A program made the translations under genes and the position numbers. 64,000 nucleotides of DNA, taken from an uncultured virus (IMG/VR IMGVR_UViG_3300028129_000011). Lineage: Duplodnaviria; Heunggongvirae; Uroviricota; Caudoviricetes. Below the pieces are notes generated by a model. The model searched no databases. It saw nothing but the letters and a program-made list of their open reading frames with translations, and was not told the origin of the DNA. Position 1 is the stretch's first letter; every line of letters begins with the position of its first letter. The DNA lies in the IMG/VR virus record IMGVR_UViG_3300028129_000011. One strand, written 5' to 3'. This document shows positions 49,121 to 60,300 of the stretch, piece after piece.

Positions 49121-51358
49121 ATGCCTATACCATTAGTAGCAGCGGGTTTAATAACCGGAGGAGCACAAATATTGTCAGGTATATTTGGTTCTAGTCAAGC
49201 AGCAAGAGCTAGAAGAGCGGCAGCAGCTGAAAAGAAAAGACTAAGCAATAAATTAGAAAGCCTAGAAAATAGTAGACAAGCAATAGTAAATCCATATGCC
49301 AATGTAGAAAACTTATCTGGCATGATTGATAACCCTTATGAAAACCTAGGTGTAGCTACTCAAGCAGCAGAAATGCAAGCTGAGCAAGCTGACATAGCTT
49401 TAGCTAATACTTTAGATACTATAATGGCAACAGGCGCTAGTGCTGGTGGTGCAACCGCTTTAGCTCAAGCAGCTTTACAATCTAAAAAAGGTATATCAGC
49501 TAGTATAGAAATGCAAGAAGCTCAAAACGAAAAACTAAAAGCTCAAGGTGAACAACAAGCTCAACAATTAAAAATGCAAGAAACTGCTAGAGTACAAGGT
49601 TTAGAAGCTAGAGGTAAAGAATTTATGTTTAACGCTCAAGAAACTAGAGAAATGCAGCAGTTAGATAGAGTTTCAGCTCAATTAGCTGGTGCTCAAGCTA
49701 GAGAAGCACAAGCTAGAGCAGATCAAACAGGTGCAATAACAAGTGCTATTGGTGGAGTTGCAAGTACTTTTGGTAGTATGGCTTCAGCTGGAGTTTTTAA
49801 AGGTGGTAGCGGTGCTACTGGTGGTTTTAACCCTGGTTTTACCATTGATAGAAGTCCAATAAAAGTTTAATATAAAATGAGTTATAGAAATCCACAACAA
49901 GTAATAGATACGCAAACAGGTCAACATTATAGAAATTTACAAAATGTTATATCCAGTACGTTTGCAGGTGTAGCTCAAAGCTATAAAGCTGAGCAAGATA
50001 AATTAGAAAAAGAGCAAGAAGCAAGAGAAGCTAGAAATAAAGCAATAGTAGATTTCAATCAAAAGCAAGAAGACGCTATGATGAGTAGTGTCGCGAAGTT
50101 AAAAGCCAATAACCCTACATTAGATACATCGTCTATATACGATATGATTGATATGTATAGTGATATTAAAAACGCTATAGATTTGGGAACTATAACTGAC
50201 AAAGAAGAGCTTAGAAAAATGAGAGAGCAATTAGCTCAAATAAAATCTATACCTGACGGCTTAAATACTTCTCTAGTTGGTTTTGGTGCGTTATCTGAAG
50301 ATTTTACTGAGTACATGGCTAAAGCTGGCAAAAAAGGTGGTTTAGATTTAAAATCAGCAGATACTACATTGTTAAATCACTTAAATGTTTTCTTAAATAA
50401 AAGAAAAGGAGAAAGAAAGTTTCAAACTCAGTTTGATGAAAACGGTAATATGCGAACTGGTATATTTTTAAAATCAAGTGAAGAGAGTGATGAGGGTAAA
50501 TTCTACACTAAAGATGAGCTAGTTTCTTATATGGATGGTGTTACAGGTGGTTTACCAGCAATACCAGATGATACTGAAGCTTCGGAAGAACTAATGAGTA
50601 ATGTTTTTGGTATAGATCCAATTACTAAAAAAAGAACTATGCCTACACCAGGTATTGTAGATAAAATTAATGTTAGACAAAGAGATGGTAGCATTAAAGT
50701 TGAAGAAAGAATAAACGAAGAAAAATTAAAAGAAAAATTAAAACCTATTGCTTTAGGTAATGTTTCTTCTTGGGGTGACAATGGTATAGTGTCTTTTTAT
50801 AACAACATGTTAAAATCAGGTGAACTTTTAAAAGATAAAGACGGTAAAGAAATTAAAGTTTTAACAACTGAAAATATAGATGAAGATACGAAAAATAAAA
50901 TAACAGATTTGTATCTAAACAAGTTTATAAAAGACAAAGGTATATTAAACTATGGCAAAACCTTAGAAAAAGATACAACAACAAAAAGACCTAACATTTA
51001 TTCAGGTAGTAATAATAAATCTAATAAAAAAGTAGAAATAGACACTTCTTTTATAGATGAAATGGATATAACTTTAGAAGGTGAATTTCCAGGTGCGGCT
51101 GTTGATTTTGACAAAATAGAGCTAACTTTAAAGAAAGAAGGTTTTAGAGTACTTAGTGAAAGATTGGTTGATGGCAAGAAGGAGTTAGATATAACAAAAT
51201 CAGTTAAAGGTGCTGATAATTCTGTAACTATAACTGAAGATATGACTCCTAAACAAATAAAAGACTTGTTGAAACTTGTTGAAACAGGATCATTACCTAA
51301 AGAAGATAAAGAACCGACAGGTTCAGAGGACGATCCATTTATCTACAAACCACAATAA
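49121..51358 (+). other. Two putative ejection/internal virion proteins (49121-49870 Ala/Gln-rich; 49877-51358)
   Basis: Gly/Ala-rich hydrophobic N-terminus and coiled coils; located before the giant protein. Confidence 0.6.
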
Positions 51359-51371
51359 AAAATAATATAAT

Positions 51372-54300
51372 ATGCCTAAGTATAAATTATCAAGCGGTAA
51401 ATTCATTATAGTTAAAGATGATGATGTTCAAGACTTCTTAAACTCAGATATCGGTAAAGGAGCTACGGTTGTAGAAGAAATAGCCACTCCTGTAGTTACA
51501 GAAGATTATGTTAAAACACCAGGTATAGACTTTGATGATTACTTAAAACCAGCAAAGACCGAAGACTCTGCGAGTGCGGATCCAACTGTGGAGTCAAAAG
51601 ATATGGGATCCAAATTGGTAGATGGTTCTTTGGAATTCAAAGAATCTAATCAACAAGCTTTATTAAACTATAAAAAAAGAACTGGCAAAGAAGCAGGTTC
51701 TATAATGGATTTATCAGATGAAGACTATGAAACTCCTTTAGATAAATTTAAACCAGTAGACTATAATAAAGTAGTAATAAATGGTAGAAAAAAAATAAAA
51801 AACTACGCTGACGAAAGAGTAAAGCTTGCGAAAAAATTAGAAATATTTTCTTATGATCAATTTGGAGCAACAAACGAAGCTGTAGATTATGTTAAGCAAG
51901 GTTTAAAATCTTTTGATAAAAAAGTTGATAACGAAGTTAAAAATCTAGAATTAAACGACGAGTTTAAATTAAGAAACGATGCTTTAAATCAATTAATTAA
52001 AGACACTGGTAACACACAAGCTACAGGAGAAGCTGTTAAGGATGTAGGTAGTGAATTTAATGTTTTAAATGTATTTAGAGGTGCTAGTTACTATAAAGAC
52101 ATAGAAGCTGATGAAGTTATTTCCTTAAACGATGAAGTAGAGCAGAGCGTTTTAGATAAGTTAGATAAAAGATCTTTGCAGAAATTAGCTGGTGGTTTCT
52201 ACACGTTACAAGAAAAAGAAAACTTGATAAATGAGTCTAAGTCAAGTATAATAGATACTAGAATAAAAACTTATAAAGATAATTTAGATAAAGCTACGTT
52301 TAACGTAGAGTCTAAATTAGATAATAATAAAAAGAAACTTAAAGAGCTTGAAAGTTTTATTAATCCTTTAGAAAATAGAGAAGACTTAACTCAAGAAGAA
52401 GCTAATAACTATAACGATGCTGTTAATCAATATAATAGCATATTAGCTGAATCTAAAAATATAGTAAAAGAGTATAATGAATACAAAACTATTGAAACTC
52501 AAAAAGTAGAATCATTAGAAGGTGAATTTGGTTTCGATGTAGCTAAAGGCGTTTTAAGAAACAACTTTAAGCTTACAGACAAAGTAGAGAAGTTTAGAGA
52601 AAAATATTCCGGTGAAGGTTTCTGGAATGGCGCCGCGGATATATTAGGAGGTGAAGTTCTTCAAGGTTTTTATCAGACAATGAAAAAAGCAACTGTCGGT
52701 AGTGTTACTTGGGCTATGGCAAACAGCGCTGATTTGCTCACGGATCAAGACTCTTATTCAGCTTATGATGCTTTTAGTGACGTTATTAATAACTGGTCAA
52801 ATAAAACATTGGTACCTAGATCAACTAGTGAGGAATTTGATATAACAAAAAAAGAAGGTGGCTTTAAAGATTTCTCAGCTAGAAATTATGCTAAGCTAGG
52901 TGCTTCTATGGTTCCATTTACAGGTTACTTAATAAGCGAAGTAAGGAAAGGTAAATACAATAACATAAAACAAGCTATAGGTGATACGTATTTAAAGTTT
53001 GGAAATAAAGGTAAAGTATTAAAAGACGCTTCACAAACCCTAAAAAACAACATCATAATGGTTGATGCTACTTTTAGAGCAACTATACTTGACAACCAAA
53101 AAGAAGCTGAAGCTAAAGGTTTTAACGGCTTAAAAGCAAACTCTTATGCAACTACAGTTTCAGCTACTGAAGCTATGGTACAAATGATAATGCCAGATAC
53201 ACAGTTTTTAAAAGGTGTTAAAGGTAAAGCTATTTTAGATAATTTCACTGGCTCTTTGAAAAAAGCAGCTAATAAACAAGCTGTGATATCAGCTGGTAAA
53301 GAATTTACTACTAACGTGTTAAAAGAATACGGTGAGGAAGAGATAAATGCTTTTGCTAACATGATAACAGACGTTTCTTATGGATTAGCACTACCAAAAA
53401 CTAGTGACTTTTTAAACGAACAAATACAACTAACAGCTGGTACTTTGATGCTAAGTGGTAGCATGGGTTTAGTAGGTGCTGCTAATACTTATAGTAATCA
53501 AAAAAAGCTTGTATACAATCAAATACACGAAAACATAAACTCTTTAAACACTCACTTATTAGAGATAGCTAGAAAATCTAAAAACATTGAAGTCAAAGAT
53601 GATATAGTAAAAGCTATGAAATTTGCTAAAGATGTTAGTCAAGCTATTGAATCTTCACCTGAAAACGTTACTTCTGATCAAATAGATCTTTTAATAAAAA
53701 AGAAAAACCTTATCGATAAAAAATCTAAGACAGATAAATCTTTTCATGTAGCTATAGATAAAAGCATTAACGAGATTAATGAAAAAATAGAAGCTGGCTC
53801 AATAAGGGAAAACGTAAGAAATAAGTTTGACGCGGATATAAAAAATATAAGTAAATCTTTAAATTCATCTGGAACAAGAGTAGATGAAACTATAGTTTTT
53901 GAAGATTCTGATGGTAGAACAGCAGCAGAAAAAATGAAAGAAAAGCTTTTAGAGCTTGGTAAGTCTGAAGAATTTGCTGAAGCAAATAAAAACTCATATG
54001 GTGCTTTTATAGTGGATAAAAACGGTAAAGAGTTGTTAATAGTAAACAAAGAAGCTGCTGTTGCTAATAGTGTTGTGTCTACTGGTCAACATGAGTTTTT
54101 ACATAAACTACTAAGATCTAGGTTTAAAAACAAACCTGAAGAGCTAAAAAAAGCTGCTAACTTATTAAAAGAGGAAGTAGAATCTATAAACAAAAAAACA
54201 GGTCAAGGTTATGATTTTATTAGTAGATTAAAAACATACGAAGAAGATTTAGCTGAAGGAAATCTTAGCGAAAGCGGTTATTATGAAGAGGTGTTTACTC

Positions 54301-57300
54301 TTTTTTCAGAAGCTTTATCTAGTAAAGATATAAAAATAAATAAAAGCACTATAGGAAAAATTGGAGATTTTATTAGACAATCTTTTCAAAACGCTGGGTT
54401 TAAGAAAATAAAATTCAACAACGCTGACGACGTTAAAAACTTTATAATAGACTACAACAAAGCTTATTCCAAAGGTAAGATTAAAGGTTCTTTAGCTGGT
54501 AAAACTAAAAGCTTTGCTATAGGATCTTCTATTTCTCTTAGTAAATCAGTTGAGCAGATACAAAAAGAAATTATAGCTTTAGAAGAACAATATGATGAGC
54601 AAACTATAGACTACTATGATTTCGAAAATAGAATGGATATACTTGAAGCTGAATTAGAGAAAGCTAAAAAAGCTCCTAAGGAAACTCAAGTAAAACCTGT
54701 TAAAAAATCTACTCAATTAAGCGTACAAGATATAAAAGATCAAATAGAACAACTAGATGAAGATTTATATAGCGGAGTTATAGATGACATTGACTACGAG
54801 CAAAGATTAGATTTATTAGAAGAGAGATTAAAGCAAGCTGAATTAAGAGCAACTAATCCTAAAAAAGCTCAAGAGAATCAAGATAAGATAGTAAAACAAT
54901 CTATAGATAAATTCAAAAAAGAAGTATCTGAAGAAACAGTATCTGATAAAAACAAGAAAATAGCTAAAATAAACGAAGATATAGCTAATGAAATGTTGGA
55001 ACTAGGTGCTAATCAAGTTTCAGATATAGAAGATCCTATTAAGCGTAAACAAATAATAGATAAGTTAGGTAGGAATAACTTAGGTGCTGTAACTAATTTG
55101 ACAAAAAGAGCAGCAGCTGCAGGTAAAAACCTAGCTATAGATGATAACCTTAAAATAGGTTATGATGAGTTTTTCTCTGGATTTAGTGAAGAATTATCAG
55201 CATTGATAAAATCATATAAGGTTGAAGTTGACGGTAAGAGAGTACCTTTTGGTGCTTACATGAATAAAAACTTACCTTTAAGATATGGACAGATATTAGA
55301 TAATGCTTTAAAAGGTAGAATAGAAGGTTCTAAGAGCTTAGATGTTCAAGCTGGAGAGAAAGGTTATGCTGGATCTATAATAGCTGATAGAGCAGCAGAT
55401 TTCGATGCTACTACTAGTGCTGAAATGGGATTACCTGTTGATGATCTTATAGATGTAACTACTTTTAGAAAAGTTAAAGATAAAGTAGAAACAATAAAAG
55501 AAAGTATAGATTTAACAGATGTTGACTTAGATAACTTAACTTATAGAAAAATACAAGATGATTATTCTGGTCAAGTTGGTGCTGAGTTAATTGGTATGTG
55601 GGATAGAAACGCTAAACCTGAAGCTGATCAAGATAGAAATGATTTCCAAAAACTAGCAGAAAGAATAGAAGGTACTAGAACTTTAAACTACGGTAAAGAT
55701 ACTGGTGGTGAAGCTGAGGTTAGAGCTATGCAAGGTTTATTCTTAGACTACAATGATGCTGTTAAGTTTATAAAAACTATGCCTGAATTCAATGTTGCTC
55801 CTTTTGAGACAACTATCGATGAACAAGGTAGATCTATAGATTTAACTGAAGATGCTAGAGGTTACAGTACAGGTATATCAAATAAATTACTTAAAGAGTT
55901 TTACGAACCATACATTGATCCAAAATCTAAAAGTTCTGACAAAGGCACTAAAAGTAGAGCAATAACGTCTCCTTCAGGTAGAGGTAAAGGTAAAACATCT
56001 CAAGTAGCTAAAGTATATAGATTAAAACCTGAGTACAGAGGTAAAATATCTAGACAAACAGTACAAGAGTTACAAAAAAAAATAGGTATAACACCTGCTG
56101 GTGAAGCATTCATACCTATGAAAGGTAAAAATAGAACTGAATTTGGTACTGCTTTACAAGGTTTAACTAAAATGTATGCTACTAACGTAGCTAATACTAT
56201 AATTAGAAAGAAAATTGTAGAAGAAGGTCTTAGCTCTGAAAGAAAAACACCTGAAAAACTATTAGCTGACATAGGTGGTGGTAAATCTAGTATTATGTTT
56301 AGTAGAGCAGCTGACCTAGGTTTAAATGTTCCTTTTGAAACACCTCAGTTAGGTAATGTATTGTTTTCTAAAAAAGCTAGAGCCGAATACGAAAGTGTAC
56401 TTAGAAATAAGAGACCTGATTTAGAAAATCCAAGAGAACAAGTAGATGAGTTAATAAAGTGGGGTGATGCTTTAAATGTTAAAGAAAATAAGAAGGCTAA
56501 GTACAAGAAGTTAGCGTTATATTATATGGCTAACGGCTTTGTTATAATGCCAGAAGATGGTTACAAGGTTGTAGAAGCTATTAGGTTGGGTGAAGCAAAT
56601 AAGGTAGATCCATACACTGTTAAAAACCCTAACGAACTTATAGAGAGATATCAAGCTAAAACTAAAGGCGCTAGAATAAATCCAGACGAAGTTGAACAGT
56701 TTTCAAATAAAAAAGCTTTAAAAGAAGGCGTTGTTGTATATGATGTTGAAGATTCTAAGAAAGGGCAGTTAGCTTTAAGGAAAGTTATTGACACTAATTG
56801 GGGTTATAAAGCAAACCCTTGGTGCTTAGCGGCTAGATCTGACGGGGCTGATTACATAGAAACCAACGAAGCAGAATCTAGAGAAGAAGCTGAAGAAATG
56901 ATCGCTGATTACAAAGAAGCAGGGTATCATGCTAAAATAGAAGGTACTTACACACATAAAGGTAAAGAGATTTTTGAGATAGCAGTATCTGAAATTGATA
57001 AAGACCCTGAAAAGCTGAGTCAAGCTTTTAAACTGTGGAAAAGTTATAATGAAGAAGGTAATGGTTTTAAAATAGCTTTTCAAAACGGTAAATTAATTTC
57101 TTTTAGAGATGGTGACAAAATGGAATGGTGGGATAGAATGGATAGAGGTTCTGTAAATATACCTTTGAAACCGTTAGATAAAAGCAAAAAACAACACTTA
57201 AAAAACTTAAATGAAGAAAAACAAATGGATCCTGAAACAGGTGAAGTTTTTATTTCAAAAAGAATTACAGAAAACACTATAGATGGTGGTGCTATCGAAA

Positions 57301-60300
57301 AGATAACTTATGTTGCAAATCCTGATACTAGAGAGCTTATAATAAACGAAAGGTCGAAAAAATTAGAAATAAAAGAAAATATTCTTGAAACTGAAGAACA
57401 AAAGTACGATGAAAATGGCCGTTTAATTGAAGAGATAAATACTATTGCTGATGAAAGTAAGGGAACACACGTTGAGACTACAATAAACACAAGATATGAT
57501 AAAAAAGGTGATGTTACTGGTACATACAAAACTATTAATACCTTAGGTGAAAAGTTTTACCAATCTGAAAGAATATTTAACGACGAAAACAATGTCTATA
57601 TTAAACTCATAGAGTTAGCTGATGCAAAAGTGTTTTTTGAAAATAGTGTTTATTTATACAAAGAATCTAACGGAAAAGTAATTGAAGAAATAGATAACAG
57701 AAAGAAGTATGGTTTTGATGAAAATGAATTTTTAGATAGTGTTGTTAATGTCTCATTTAGTACTTCAGCTTTAGCCGATGTTTTAATAACTGACATATTA
57801 AAAAGAGAATATGGTTACAATAAAAAAGGTAAACTACCTAAAATCAAAGGTAATAAAAAAGAATTAAATAAAATAATAACAAATCTTTTAAATATAAACA
57901 ACTTTGAAGATGAAGAAGCTTTCAACGATTACGTAGAAACATTACTTCCAATGCAAAGAGACATTGTTAAACGTGTTTTTGAAGGTAGATATTGGATGTT
58001 TGGATTGTATTCTGATGAAAAAGCTGCAAACAACGGTATAAAGTATGAAAAACTTATTAGAAAAGCTATAAAAGAGTCTGGGGTCAAAGGTGTCAGCGTG
58101 GAATTTAGTGAAGGTGGTTTTAGTAGTGGAACTGATTTAGTTTTAACTATTAAAGGTAAAAATATAAACATAGAATTAAAGCTGAATAGAAAAGCTCAAT
58201 TTGGTAGTTTTATGGTGAAGCAAGAAGGAGATAAATATATTTATACTTCTGGTATATCTGGTTTACAACAAAGTTTACCTGACTTGCACGAAGAGATACA
58301 AAACCAACTTAAAAGTGAAAAATATAAAAAAGCTGTAAAAGAGTATATTAACAAAGGTAGAAGCCTAGCTCAAAAACTTGGTGTATATTTCAAATATAAC
58401 GAAGATACTAATACTCTAAAAACAACTAAACAGGTTTTTGAACAGTTAGCTACTGATGGGTATTTAAAGAAAACAAACTTAACTATAAGAAAAGACTCTA
58501 AGGGTAATTTGTTAAACGAAGACTTAATAAACACGCTGTACAATAACAAGGATGTATACTATATAGAAATAGGTGGTAAAGGTCTTTATTATCTAAAAGA
58601 AAACAAAGATAATCTAAATATACCAAAATTGGAAGGTAATACTAGTCTAGTTATAAGAAATACTTATAATCAAATAGGTAAAACTGGAATATATCAATCA
58701 TTGTTGAGAGGTTTTATTAAGTTAGATTCAGATATAGTTGATTCTAATATAAGTTTTGCTGATGTAGATAGTATTAAAGAAAATTTACAAGATATTTCCG
58801 GTACTAGTTTTAGTAAAGGTAGACTCGACGCTGAGTTTAACAAAATAATAGAAAACAAAACTGGTATATTAGCGACTGACGAAATATCTGAGGTTAAAGC
58901 TAAAATGATAGCTAATAACAAAAGAAGTTTTAATATATTTATTCCTCCTTCAGCTGAAGATTTCGTAGGTTTATTATATGCTACTTTAGGTAAAGGCAAG
59001 GTTGGAGAGAAGCAAATGATGTTTTATGACAGAACATTAATCAGACCTTACGCTAGAGCTATGCAAGCTATAACTAGAGACAGAATTGATCTAGGTAAAT
59101 CTTTTAATAAAATTAGAAAGCAATTCAACGCTACTCCTAAAGATCTTAAAAAGAAAGTACCTAACAGTTTATTTACTAAAGAGCAAGCGGTAAGAATTTA
59201 CATATGGGATAGTATAGGAAAAGAGGTTCCAGGTTTAAACGTGGAAGAAGTTAATGAATTAGCTAACTATGTAGCTGATAACAAAGAGCTTAGGGATTTT
59301 GCTGATCAAGTTATGAGGTTAAACCCGGGTTCTGCATATACTTCACCAGGTGAAACTTGGACAACTGGTACTATTACAACAGACTTGCTTGAAACCCTAA
59401 ACGAATCAAGAAGAGCTAAGCATTTAGGTAGGTGGCAACAAAATGTTGATGAAATATTCTCTAAAGAAAACTTAAACAAATTAGAAGCTGCTTACGGTAC
59501 TAGTTATAGAAAAGCAATGGAGAACATGCTTACTAGAATGAAAACTGGTAGAAATAGAACGTATGGTACGGATTCACAAACAGCAAAATGGATTGACTGG
59601 GTTAATGGATCTGTTGGTACTATAATGTTCTTGAACGCTAGATCTGCTGTACTTCAAACAATATCTGCAGCTAACTTTATAAACTTTGGTGATAACAATG
59701 TATTTGCCGCTGGTAAAGCATTTGCTAATCAAAAACAATACTGGTCAGATTTTGCTTTTTTAATGAACTCAGATTATTTAGTAGAAAGAAGAGATTCGTT
59801 AAAGATAAATATAAACGAAGCTGATATTGCTGAAGCTGCTCAAAAGAAAGGTGCTAGAGGTGCTATAAACTATTTATTAAAACTAGGATTTACACCTACT
59901 AAATTCGCTGATAGCTTTGCTATAGCTTCCGGTGGTGCTACTTTTTATAGAAATAGATTAAATGCTTTAATAAAGAAAGGTATGGATCCTGCTGCTGCAG
60001 AAAAAGCTGCAATGAGGGATTTTATAGAAAAATCAGAGGAATCTCAGCAGTCAAGTAGACCTGATAAAATAAGTCAGGAGCAAGCGGGTCCATTAGGGCG
60101 TGTTATATTAGCTTTTGCGAATACACCAGCACAATATGCTAGAATCATAAAAAAAGCCGCTAGTGACCTTAAAAACAGACGAGGCAGTGATAAAGAGAAC
60201 ATATCTAAGATTATATATTATGGTTTAGCTCAAAACTTACTATTTAATGCGCTTCAACAAGCTATATTTGCAGTTGCTTTTGGTGATGAAGAAGATGAAG

